Assembly: GCA_965644295.1 (NCBI GenBank)
Contig: CBFFRP010000432.1
Location: forward strand, 372,001 to 436,000
From: Paraphysomonas bandaiensis
Taxonomy: Eukaryota > Protista > Chrysophyceae
Direction: 5' to 3'
DNA length: 64,000 nucleotides
In this document: positions 13,082 through 25,107 of the stretch, piece by piece
Layout of the letters: each line of letters begins with the position of its first letter
Position numbering within the stretch: position 1 is the first letter of the stretch
The notes under the pieces: generated by a model
What the model was told of the DNA's origin: nothing
Database searches by the model: none
What the model saw: only the letters and a program-made list of their open reading frames with translations
Translations under genes and position numbers: made by a program

Positions 13082-13451
13082 TTCCTAGGTTATAATTTTA
13101 TCCACTGTGAGCATTCGTATAATAGTTGTGTATCGATATGAGAGACCTATTGAACAATAACTGCTCAATAAACACACCTATATAGTATAGTATTATTACG
13201 TTTTGTAAATTTGTTTCTAAAGGCTAACAAATACCAATGACCGTATCACATATACTTTAATGAAGTGTGGTGAGTTGTTTCATATTTAATAATTCCATAT
13301 CATTACGGCGGCTGAATTACAAAATTCTGACAAATTAAACTTACTATGAATGTAGAGAGTTATTACATAAGAAAAATATTGGAAGAGTAGTGCATAGCTA
13401 CCTAAAATTCATGTTATATATGTACAATATATTGATATATTGACACTTTGG

Positions 13452-14545
13452 TTAACATCTGAATTCAAGATCAGATATAATCTGAGGTAAAAGGTCAAGA
13501 ACTTCAAATACGTCGTCTTTAGGAATTCGAGCAATGGTATGTGGTACGCTGTTAGTAATCCAAAACTTTTCAAATATCCTATCTGGAGTAGGACATTCGT
13601 GTGATGTGGTAGGTGTCAGCGGTACTGGAGGCGGAGCGACAGGATAGAGAAACCTCTCCCATGAATTTTCTGGAAACACCCCGTGGGTTGCATACGCAAA
13701 AACTTGAGCAGCTCCAGCTTCCTGAAGTTTCTGTCCAGCCTTATACATGGTACCTCCCGTTTGCACTAAGTCGTCTACGACAATCACTTTTAGTCCCGAG
13801 GGATCTCCATCTTGTATAGTAACGATGCGCGAATCTCCACGGCGAACTTTGCCACAAACAATTATATCAAACCCATTCGCAGAAAAGAAGTGACCGAATC
13901 GTTTTGCTGCACCGTCGTCAGGAAAGGCTACCGCTGTGATTTTATATTCGTTTAACTTCGGGAGAAGCAGTGGAAGAGCAGTGTGTAAGCTCGGAATTAT
14001 GGAGCCATGAAAGTAAAACCTCTCTTGCAAAGCGTGAATGTCATATATCATTAGCCGAGAGGGTTTTCCACAGCTTGGGAGAGAGCTAAAAATCATTGCA
14101 AGAGTATTCGCGGTTGCAACTTTTCCCTCGACATCAACTCTATCCATTGTACCAGCAGGGTAGAATGGAAGCACTATCGTCATACTCTTAATAAAACTCT
14201 GTAGCAGTACAATGAGGACGGAAACTTGAGATAGAGTAGCATCATTATTAAGAAGAGATGCCAAGAATAAGACATGTGTCCCAGCTATCGTGTTAGTAGG
14301 GGTAAACCCAGATATTGTGATGTTGTCAGTGCCATCACGGAACTTGTCATAGCATGTGGGATAGTATTCAAACCTCTCCGGCTGTAAGATACACAATTAT
14401 GAGGGGTATAGTGCACTATATATGAGTTAACCTGTAATACTTGGAGCCGTTGACCGAGCTCTTCATATCCCGCCCCAGCAAACACAGAATACTTCCTGTG
14501 GGAGAATACATCGTTCGAAAAAGAAACTTCTTGACAGAGTGACAT
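13452..14545 (-). CDS. Ribose-phosphate pyrophosphokinase, class II (plant PRS3/PRS4 type), one intron
   Basis: KFRDGTDNI, LPFYPAGTMDRVDVEG, YDIHALQERFYF, AFPDDGAAKRF, VVDDLVQTGGT, YATHGVFP, ITNS. Confidence 0.92.
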
Positions 14546-15001
14546 GATATGGAGTCGTCAATTGTTTACTTAACTATCGTTCATATATGTGTGTATGTGT
14601 ATGTGTGTATGTATGGATCCAGTCACTGTTCTTTCATAGATTCAAACAATGCGAAGAAGTGTGAATAGAAGCCTATTCGATTGATGTGATTGGTTAATTG
14701 AAGTACTTCTGTCCTCTGTCTGTTCAACACTAATCGACATCACCACCAGCAGTACGATATCTCTACTTTGCTGTGTACTGATGTACAGACAACTTCAGTG
14801 GTATACATCAGCACCAGCATACACTGGTGTGCTCGCTATAGGCAGTGCATGCAATATCTTTGATGTATCTGTGGTCACACGCATATGCATGTTTCTTGGA
14901 GTCCATTGCATTGCTTGTTATTATACATGTCCAATCAATGAAGAATTCAATCACTTGGTAATTATATCAACTAGTACTAATTTCAAAATAGAGTCAAGTT
15001 G

Positions 15002-16099
15002 ATGTTATCGACGGCAGTTTTTTACATTGCCTGCTGCATTGCAGTCGTATGTGTCCTATACTACCTGTTGTTGCGACCTATAATGCGGGGAAGAATTGCA
15101 GGACCAGTAAATCCTGGTGATTTATCTCGCCAAACATTTTGCATAACTGGTAGCAGTAGAGGAATAGGCTTTGAAGTAGGAAGGGTATTGGTTGAGTGTG
15201 GTGGGCATGTTGTTTTTGCAGTTAGAGACGTACGCTCCTGTGAGAAGCGACTGTTGAAAATAATGTCCGCAGAGCAAATGAAGCGTGTTGAGGTTGCGTA
15301 CTTGGATTTATCATCTTTTGAATCAGTGAGAACATTTGCCAATGATGTATTCATACTTCCTAAGCGTAGACTCGATTGTTTGATAAACAATGCCCACTGC
15401 TCAGGACTTTCTGCTTTAGTAGTGAGCAAAGATGGTATCGAGTTGTCCTACCAAGTCAATCATCTGTCTCACTTTCTTCTTACATTGCTCTTAATTCCTT
15501 CGTTACGCCTTGGGCGCCCTCCCAATGACCCTACTAGGGTTGGCGGTCGAATAGTGCATGTATCCAGTCGTATGTACCGATACGGCTCTATTAGTCGAGA
15601 AGTGTACGGTGTATCAAGTCGTAATAGAACTGGTTATAACCCACACAGAGTATATGCGGATACTAAACTTATGCAAATATTATTTAATCGGGAGTTAGCT
15701 CGAAGAATGGCTACTAATAAGATAGCAGTAGAAACTAACTGTGTACATCCTGGGGGGTTAGTACGGACTGCTGGTACTTCTTCGTGGTCCTGGAGCAGAG
15801 GTACAGAGTTCTGTACAACTCATCGGTACGAGCCTCTGCTAATGGCAATGGCCGGAACTAATGTAGAAGATGCTACACGATCAGTGCTACAACTTGCATC
15901 TGATGCTCAACCAACTTCTGCACCGTGGATGTCTGGGCGGTACTACAATACTACCGCCGAGGAGAAAATTCTTCCGATTGGAGATGATTCGTCGACTGCA
16001 GAATGGCTCTGGAATACAAGTTTAGAACTGGTGGGGTTAGGGAGCACTTGTGACCGGGATTTATTTCGTGACTACGGTGGGAAGAGTGTACTCCAATAG
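15002..16099 (+). CDS. Short-chain dehydrogenase/reductase, retinol dehydrogenase-like, N-terminal TM anchor
   Basis: TGSSRGIG Rossmann motif, LINNA, VNHLSHFLL, YADTK catalytic motif, VHPG. Confidence 0.9.
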   Translation: MLSTAVFYIACCIAVVCVLYYLLLRPIMRGRIAGPVNPGDLSRQTFCITGSSRGIGFEVGRVLVECGGHVVFAVRDVRSCEKRLLKIMSAEQMKRVEVAYLDLSSFESVRTFANDVFILPKRRLDCLINNAHCSGLSALVVSKDGIELSYQVNHLSHFLLTLLLIPSLRLGRPPNDPTRVGGRIVHVSSRMYRYGSISREVYGVSSRNRTGYNPHRVYADTKLMQILFNRELARRMATNKIAVETNCVHPGGLVRTAGTSSWSWSRGTEFCTTHRYEPLLMAMAGTNVEDATRSVLQLASDAQPTSAPWMSGRYYNTTAEEKILPIGDDSSTAEWLWNTSLELVGLGSTCDRDLFRDYGGKSVLQ

Positions 16100-16476
16100 C
16101 TCTGTTAGTCTTGTTATAGATTAAAATAGTCATAGTTGCATGCTTTTAAAGTAATTTGTGAGTTAATATCACGGTTATTATATATTATATAGCAAGTTAA
16201 ATATCGTTAACTATCACATGAAATTTAAATAATCGCAGATAAAAAGGAAAAACACAGCAATACGTTAAGTATAGTATCTAGTTGCTCGATGTAATCTATG
16301 TAAATTGTCTGTACTAGCCATAGACTTATAACAGATGTAATTCATAAGCTTTTAGTTTCTGCTCAGAAGTGTGCAATTCACGTACTTTTTCTCTGCTGAA
16401 TAAATATGATAGATTTATTATGTTACGCACGTCAATAATGTGTAGCATATTACTATGACACTAATATTCTTAGCCC

Positions 16477-17079
16477 TCAAATCAATGATGATGCACATAC
16501 AATCATAGTGAATTTCGAATTTTGAGGTGCCTTTTTAAAGTGGTTTCCATCAAATACCAAATCACACGTGCTTCCCGAATCAATACTTACAGCAGGATAT
16601 ATATCATTTGCTGGTCTAATCCGTGTGATTGAACTTGACATATTCATTTCCCCATTGACAAGAAACGAAAGCATAGGTAAATCCGTTTGGTCCCAGCAGA
16701 TTCCTATAACATCCCCCTCCTTCAAGTCAACACCACTCAAGCACCATGACGGCGAATCTCCCTCGCCACTTCCATCCAGTTCACCGTCAAGAGAGCTCGG
16801 TTTTTTTGGATTGAATCTTTTCACTCCAATTTTTAGCCCGGCAGGATTCTTACCAACATGCACTTCCCAAAATGCGGTGTCGCAATCAAGTGCACACGAT
16901 CCAATTGCTGACCCTTTACCCGACAGAGAGTAAGTATTGGTGTCCCTGTTTAATCCCGCAGTGATGTTGTTTGACTTTAATCCAAGTTTACAAGTTGTTG
17001 CAGCATTGGTGGTAGTTTCCAATACATTCGTCTCGCCTTTTGAACCTTTTCCGAATACAGCACTCAAGCAAGATCCCAT
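16477..17079 (-). CDS. SPRYD7: SPRY domain-containing protein 7-like
   Basis: ~200 aa with FWEVHV, GDVIGICWD, FLVNG, YPAVSI. MGSC N-terminal acylation motif. Confidence 0.75.
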   Translation of the reverse strand: MGSCLSAVFGKGSKGETNVLETTTNAATTCKLGLKSNNITAGLNRDTNTYSLSGKGSAIGSCALDCDTAFWEVHVGKNPAGLKIGVKRFNPKKPSSLDGELDGSGEGDSPSWCLSGVDLKEGDVIGICWDQTDLPMLSFLVNGEMNMSSSITRIRPANDIYPAVSIDSGSTCDLVFDGNHFKKAPQNSKFTMIVCASSLI

Positions 17080-18783
17080 TACACTAACTCAATGCAGGGT
17101 CAATCGAATATGACCACTATAAGCGAATGATTTCTTTAAAATGTCTAATGAATTTTCGGGAATCCAGAGGGGTGCTTCTATAGTTGTAATGACAAGATAT
17201 AGTGAGCAACATACAGTACGCCTTAACAGTGTAGCTGTAGCTAGCTGTACACAATCAATGGGCGCACGGCTCTATGTATACTGTACAGCAGGAGCAGATA
17301 TCTCCAACAGTATGTTGTAGTATGCAGAATACGGAATACAGGCAGTGGTTCAGTACGAGTAGTATAGAGAAGTGTGCTGTGCGCTATGATACGTTCAGAT
17401 GCACATCTAACCACTGTGTTAGTCCGGAATATCATATGGAAGTATATATATCTAACATTATGGGCCAATCAGATCTTGTAAATCAATCACTAGAGGCTAT
17501 GTAAGCTTGATAAGGAATCACAGGAAGTCCATGTATGCCAGTGTGATCGAAGCTGTAGCTGTCACTATAGTTATATGTAGACCATACCATACCATGCCAT
17601 ATAATACACATCACATTGGAAGGTTTACTCTTACTAGTCTTGTATATGTAGATATAGACTTCTCGATACGATGTATATTATGATATAGTCCTACACATCC
17701 GTGATTAATGTCGTGTGCTATATCTCCGCGATCAGACAAGAGTTGTGCCAACTTCATGCATGGAAGAGGATAATGTAGTCTTGGTTTATACTTTTGTTTA
17801 CTACTATCGAATTTGATATATATATAGATAGATTCAGGATAGGTCGATTTATCCGACTGACTGTATGGCGTGTGCCCTTCCAAAAAACTTACACTCGATT
17901 AACATAAGTGATTTAGCAATGTTACTGTGAGTATCTGAGCAAGGAGGAGCTACTGTAGCTCCAACGTGGTATTTAAAGGGCTTGCCACGGATACATTGAT
18001 TTGTAAATAATTATCTGAATTAAGGATTTGATCTAAATTTACGATATAGTCACTCAGGAGAATTCTGCCGTAAGATCTTTAGTCTGCATACCAACAGGCG
18101 GCACGTACACCTACTATACTTGATACATGATCCCCGAATATATTCCTACTCATAAGTACTGCATATTTAACATGTTATGGTATCATTGTTACTACGAGAG
18201 TTCTTTAGATTGAAGAGATCATGGGGTCGTTAGGGTCTCTTCCTCCCCTCTTTATTTGGATTTTCTGATGTTTTTAGGAAGATAATTTGGGACAATTCTA
18301 TTACTTTCTGATTCTCTTTGCTATCCAACTTTTGTCTTGTGTGCTCTTTGCCCATTCCTTTACACTTGCATTGGTCTGTAATATGACTGTTCATAATAAC
18401 TTAGTACAATTGCAGCGTACTAAACTTATTACAACACAGTGGTCCTGAAAGTCAAGAGTTTCACTCGACGACTCAGGACACAGTACATAAAATACGGCAA
18501 AGTAGCAAGCTTTCATGAATTGTGAACGTCGATAATAATCTTTGAACTAGATAAACTGAGAGTGCTATTTAGAAAGTGGAAGTGTAAAGTGTAATACACA
18601 ATACACTTGTAGGTGGCAGTTGGAACAGCCTGTATATGTGCCCATCAAAACTCAAACCGTTATATTTCATATTTAATCAGATAACCATCAGAAAATACGT
18701 ATCCACTAAATATCAAAAAATTATAAAATAATACTTGAATAGGTTGTGGCAACGATTTATAATCAAAACTGCGAAATATAACA

Positions 18784-19884
18784 CTAGTTCGCATCACTCG
18801 TTTCTTGGTCCTTAAATCGAATTCTCAACTTTCGCCCCGTAAAGCCACTCTCATTCCACATATCCACGAATTTCTCCCACATATTATCCAAAGAGCAATC
18901 TTCAAATTGACTAACAGCCCAACCTGTTTCCTGGTTCTCCAGTCCAGCGTGGACGCATGCAGTGGCAGCTCTAACTCGCATTAGCATTCCTAGGCTATCA
19001 GATCCCATAAGCCAAGATGTAAGGAAAAAACCCTCGAGTTTCTTCCCTCTATATATAAGATCCAGTGGAGCAATTCCAGAACAGTTCTGATTTGATAGAC
19101 GGCCATATACAAAACAGGTACCCTTTGGTGGAAGGTTGGAGAGCAGAGTGCCAGTCATTTCTCCGCCAATGGCATCGAAAGCAATTTGAATACCCAGCTC
19201 CTTAATTTTATCTCTTAGAGTTTCCTCCCAGTTAGGTGCAGTGGAGATGATAATATGCTCCGCCCCAAGTTTGCGAAGCGTTTCTGCTTGCTCTTCACGA
19301 CGTACAATATTAAGCAGCTGTACGTTCTCCTGTTTGCATAGCTTGACCAACATTTGCCCCAACTGTGACGCAGCAGCTGTGTGGACTAAACCAGGTCGAG
19401 AAGTGCCAACGTGGCGGGTCCTAACTGTGTCTACAAATCCGTAAGCCGTGTACGGATTAACAAAATGGCTTGCCGCATCCTCCACTACGACATTATCAGG
19501 CAGAGGAAACACACCCTTAAGGGCATCTACCACCGTGTACTCTGCATATGCTCCTTGTCCTTTCACATTGGAAACAAATCCAACCTTCTTCCCAACAATA
19601 CTATTGGCATAAATCCCTCCACCAGATGCTACCACCACACCTGACCCCTCTTTACCTACAGGTCTAGGCTGAAACTCTCCATTCCGAGGAACATTGCTCC
19701 ACTCCCCATAGTCAGATGGGTTAACAGGAGTAGCAGAGACACGTATAAGGACCTGACCTATACGAGGAACAGGCATAGGGATTTCTTCAATATCTAGCTT
19801 TGCTTTGGAGAGATCCTCATGAGGCTGAGTGAGGACGATGCGGTGAATTTTCTCAGGTAAGTTTGAACTAAGAGTACTTCCCAT
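18784..19884 (-). CDS. MDR-family NAD(P)H oxidoreductase (quinone/enoyl reductase-like)
   Basis: VLIRVSATPVNPSD, GKEGSGVVV, FVNPYTA, HTAAASQLG, AFDAIGG, VYGRLS; intronless. Confidence 0.9.
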   Translation of the reverse strand: MGSTLSSNLPEKIHRIVLTQPHEDLSKAKLDIEEIPMPVPRIGQVLIRVSATPVNPSDYGEWSNVPRNGEFQPRPVGKEGSGVVVASGGGIYANSIVGKKVGFVSNVKGQGAYAEYTVVDALKGVFPLPDNVVVEDAASHFVNPYTAYGFVDTVRTRHVGTSRPGLVHTAAASQLGQMLVKLCKQENVQLLNIVRREEQAETLRKLGAEHIIISTAPNWEETLRDKIKELGIQIAFDAIGGEMTGTLLSNLPPKGTCFVYGRLSNQNCSGIAPLDLIYRGKKLEGFFLTSWLMGSDSLGMLMRVRAATACVHAGLENQETGWAVSQFEDCSLDNMWEKFVDMWNESGFTGRKLRIRFKDQETSDAN

Positions 19885-20549
19885 ATTAACGGCTACTTAT
19901 AGAGTTAATGAATAAATGGATAACAGAATAATTAACTAATACATCTAATATCATATAGCTATCTCCACATATCTGAATATCATATACCATAATATACACC
20001 CCCATACCAGCACAGCCACTAAATCATTATACGGTATGCTGCTGTGTATGAGGATGTATATTTTCACTGACACACCAAACTTTCGCCTTTATACTCTTAA
20101 TCACCAATCCAATCCTATTCCTATGATTTTATTGGTTCCAGCATATTTCTCAATGAGTTTTATGTCGTCGATTGGTTGTGGAGAATTTCCTTATAAAAAG
20201 CAGGGAAATTTTAGGACGGAAAGATGGTTGAAGTATTGAAGTTGTTGTAGGAAAGAAGCCGAAAATGGGAACTACAGTGCTGTAGAATATATATACGACT
20301 GTGTTATATAGAGCCACATGGTTCTACAATTGTTGTATACGTCCAGTATATACATATATACAATGCAGTTGGGGAATACTACAGCTGTACATTGCACACA
20401 GCACGACTGCATTGGGAAACTTAATTAGATTGAAAATCAATGCAATCTATCTATTCACCGCATCACCTTTATTGAATTTGAAACAAAACACATTATTCAT
20501 TTGCCAGCAGAGCTGCAGGCATTAGCTGTGCTCCTCTGGGAACGAAATA

Positions 20550-21905
20550 ATGTGTATAACCCATGTATCCACACGATCGTTAAGATTTAGTAACGTGCTC
20601 GTTGTAGTTAAGCAAAGTGCCTATGAAACATATATGCAGGTTAGTAGGACTATTATATGGGATCGTATTATAATAATGAGGAGTGTACTTAGATGAAAGC
20701 ACAAGGGAATGCTCCTGTTGCCTTAAGATGGTCACGACTGAAGAATCGATATGAGGTGCATAGGAGTTGTTTAGGAGCGGTGGTCAGTTTGCTTGAAAAA
20801 GTTGGATGTAACCACCATGTTGTTGAACGTGCCGAAATGCACCGTGGAATGCTCGATGGAAAAGACCTTGTAATCACTGTTGGTGGAGATGGGACAGTTT
20901 TAAATGCAGCATCCTTCGTAGGTAATGATATTCCAGTTCTAGGCATCAATTCTGACCCCACCAAGCCTGAGGAACTGGGAGTAAATAAAGTAGAAGATGA
21001 GCGGCGTAGTCGCGGAGCACTTTGTGCACTATCAGCGAACAATATCAATGACCTTCTTCCTCTTGCCCTGACTGGTCAACTCTCGCCGAGGACACGTACT
21101 CGAATTCAGTGTGTTGTGAAGAGTACTCACACTGAAACGAAGCTTGCCCCGGCTCTCAACGACATTCTAATCGCCCATCCAAATCCAGCACAGATATCAC
21201 GTTTTCGCATGACCCTTTACCACAACCCTAGGTTCTACGAAAATAGCAACACGATATTCAAACCTGATCCGCCGGATATGCAAAAGGTTGGTTATGCTGC
21301 GAGCATGTATCGTGTCATGTGTTGTGCTCTCCAAAATAATAAGTGTCTTTTTTCTGATTAAAAGTAATCTGTAACTTGTACAGCTGTTTTCCTTCAATGC
21401 ATGGTGCTCGGGCATGTGGATATGCACTGCTACAGGATCGACTGCAGCAATGAGTGCCGCTGGTGGGGATGTCATGGAGCTTAGCTCAAAGAGGTACCTA
21501 CATATATTACTAAAACTTGTTGCGTCTGCTAATAGCTACTGATAGTCTGCAGTACATGGTTCGAGAACATTTAGTGGAGCAAGGTCAAGAGCATTTAAAA
21601 GCTGCTGCTCACGGAATAGTGGGTGCGTCCCATTTTAGAATACCCCTTTATCATATTTTATCATGTGTATTTATTAGGTCGCGATCAAATTATTAAGGTT
21701 CGATGGAATTCACAACATGGATGTGTGTTTGTCGATGGGTCTCATATGGAGGTATGCTTTATACAAAACGTATACTTCCATTTCCATCTTAACTACACCT
21801 TTTATATTGCAGCATTCACTGCAGTTAGGTGATGAAGTTGCAGTAGATGGACACGCACCTACATTAGAGATATTTGAAGTGCCGCACGATATAGATGTAC
21901 TCTAG
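20550..21905 (+). CDS. NAD(H) kinase (NADK3/NADK2-like), multi-exon; start uncertain
   Basis: GGDGT motif, LGINSDP, ALNDILIAH, TATGSTAAMSAAGG, VFVDG. Confidence 0.87.
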
Positions 21906-22287
21906 ATTATCGGAGCTAATGACACTACCTGAATCGGTTGAGCAGGATGAGGACATGACTTGAGTCAACATTTATCCATTCATGATTTTTGCGATGTTTT
22001 GAATATTATTCTAAACCATCCTATTTTGATAACTAGAAGGGTAGAATGTAGCGGCATTTTTTTGGTAAATCATTGTCAAGTAGTGTGCTACAGTTTAAAT
22101 AATTCCACCAGTCCATACAGAATACAGAATGAGCTTTTTTTTAGTTCCTTGTGGTATATTGTGTATCAACTCAAAATTCAATGACAGTCTACAATTATTA
22201 CACCTATGTAATCAACCAGCTTGTGACTTGACAGCTATATTTTATAACTTTCTTGGCCCCTTCACTAGTATTCGCGATAATTCACCT

Positions 22288-22765
22288 CAGGGATAGGGAA
22301 CAATATATTGCAATATATTGTAAAATATATTGATTGGTGGACTGGTCAAATATTCCATCAATAGTGTTTCTGTTAAAGGAGCTCACAATACTATTGCAAT
22401 ACATTGCAATCAATATTATGATAGTCATATAAAAAAGATTCTCAACTGTAGGGTGCAAAATGGATATAAATAACCGAGAAATTGATTACAACATTACAAA
22501 GGATAATGAAGCTGATGTTGACAATGCGACTAAAAATCTTCAGTCAGCTCAAAAAATTAAGAAACGTACAGATCCACGAGTCATTAAAAATGAAATCTAT
22601 GGATGTGTTTACCTACTGAGTAGTCATACTAATATATTGCAATACATTGACAATATATTGCAATATATTGTAATTGTATTGTAGGACCGGTTTAAAAATT
22701 CCATCAATACTATTGATGGAACGCTATCTAACAATAGTATTGCAATATATTGTTCCCTATCCCTG
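22288..22765. mobile_element. hAT-superfamily MITE, 478 bp
   Basis: TIR CAGGGATAGGGAACAATATATTGCAATA at both ends. Perfect 8-bp TSD ATTCACCT (22280-22287 and 22766-22773). Subterminal CAATATATTG repeats. Confidence 0.92.
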
Positions 22766-23181
22766 ATTCACCTGATATCCTCCTGCATAGATAATAAATA
22801 AAATATTGAAATGTTTTGAAATTTGAAATATATTACTCAGCCACTTAGCGAATATACAATATATTATACAGCTACGTATTTTCATACATTGTACCTCGGG
22901 CCGTAGAGGCACATCAACAGTTTGTAGAGTACATCACGTATCCCGACATTCCTCAAAGAAGGAAGTGGTAACAGTATTACAAGTAGTATAGTTTATAGTG
23001 GTATAATGTAAAGTTAATGAGGAATTTAGGTGTGAAATCAAACGTTATCGTGTGATGAGAACTTCAATATTTAATTTAATGAACTTAATAAAATAGTATA
23101 CTGTTTGCATATTATAATATATCATGTTCTGTAGTGTATTCATTGTATTATATAGAATAGAGAAATAGTGCGTGTGCACAC

Positions 23182-24392
23182 TTATTCAATACTTTTCAGC
23201 GACCTATTTCTTGTCGAATGGGTCTTATTTCGAAGTGGGGCAAGTGACGGCATTCTTCCCAACTTAGTAGAAGTCGTAACTTCTCCAGAAATGCATCCAA
23301 TCTTTCTGAGAACAATTTTATTATGACCTGATTGCATAGACTGCTTTTGCTGTGGGGTATATGACGCGACTCCTGATCTTTTCGAATCAAGCCGCGGAGT
23401 GTGAGGTGTGACCACCGAATGAGATTCATCAATAGAAAAACTCTGTGATAATTCCTAACAAGAAAATATAAAACTAAAAGGACAAAGAAGATATCGGTTG
23501 TATAGACTACCTGAGAAAATGAGCAGTCGATGCTGCAGTTATCCTCGCCTCGGATATTAGTAGTTGGCATAGTAGCTAGTATATCGGGGGCTGAATTTGC
23601 AGCAGAATTACTTCTTGTCATCTGAATCGACGACCCTGATGATCTCAAAGAAGAAGAATTTTTATCATCTTTAACTTGTTTCACCACTTGCTCGAGGTAG
23701 TACACCATGGCATTTGTATCTGCCCTTTCTTTGGCATGAGTGTGCTCAACGCGCAGTACTTTCTTGTGATGCTTCAAGTTATCTCGGCCTTCAGGACAGC
23801 CGTAATACTCACCACTCATGCGCTGTGCGGTTTTATCGACTATGTGCTTCATCAATACGTTTCGGCGTTCGAGGGATAGTAGGGTCTCTGTAGAAAGTAA
23901 CTTATCAGAATTCACGATACTATCTAATTTTTGAAGTTGAAGTCTTCGCTTCGCATCGTTCATGGCAATGGCATACAAAAACTCGTCGAATGATACATCA
24001 CCACTGTTATCTGTATCCATTTCTTTAAATATTCGTTCCACATCTTTCTTAAATTTGACCACTCCTGACGATAAAAGAGTATTAGTCAACTCATCGATAC
24101 CAACACCACCACTGCGGTCAGTGTCCATGGAATCGAACCATTGTCGATACTGTACCAACTGCTCATCTGAAAATTTGCTTTTTATTTTGCTCGACATAGA
24201 TTGTCTACGCTGTGGTGCAGGCCTTAAAGGTGGTAAGGTTGTTGTTGATATAGAGGTGTTGTCTGCCGCGCTCTTCTGCTGCATTGGCATAGAGGGTTGA
24301 CTGGACAGCAGTTGAAAACTCCTCCGTGTACATTGTACTGACGGATTGATCGCAGGTACTTCAAAACTACTGTATTTACCGAGTGTAGGCAT
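23182..24392 (-). CDS. EF-hand calcium-binding protein (two EF-hands), one intron ~23456-23510
   Basis: DTDRSGGVGIDE and DTDNSGDVSFDE loops. Splicing joins ORF 23196..24392 to the frame of ORF 23182..23415. Confidence 0.75.
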
Positions 24393-25107
24393 ATATATAA
24401 CCAGACACTGATAAGCAAGAACTGCTTATGTAATCATACAATATTTAAACACCATTTCAAACATATAAGCACCCGATTCAAAGCTATACACGATGAGGAG
24501 AGCTCATGTGAATGGGGAGAATCATATTGGGGTCATGTGGACTGTGTTATCTGGACCATAATCCTCGGAGATAATATATAGGAGATATATATATACATGG
24601 TGCTGCGTACACTACCATTTGTACGTACATATACAGCCAGTACATACTTGTGTAGATAGCTGAAGAAAACGTGGATCCAGATCCGGCTACCCTCAAATTC
24701 CCTCACTCTGCTGTATTTGCAGTAGGAGTCCATAGGAGTGCAGAGTGTCCGTGGTATGGAAGTAAAACTTCTGGATATGGATTTTTTCCTTTTTTTAGTG
24801 GTCTAGATGCGAGGGAAGAAAACCTGGATTTTTTGGCAAACCATGGACATCCCTACACAGTATATACGGCGCTGTATATGAGTATCATATACCGTATATA
24901 TGTACACTATGTATTCTATATGTATCTGTACCTACTGTACTCATAGTGTATATATGTATAGTACAGCATGCATGTATTGCTGTACTGCTGTATGTAGATT
25001 GTATGCTACTTATAAACGTCTAGTTGCATATATAAATATTGATATCATCATATCCATCTACACACCCCTTACCTCCATATTCTAACGATAGCACCACATC
25101 ATCCACC

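Noticed and set aside
24660-24856. hAT-like end fragments (CATCCCTA here, CACCCCCTA at ~38825-38833)
   Set aside because: No matching second TIR or TSD.
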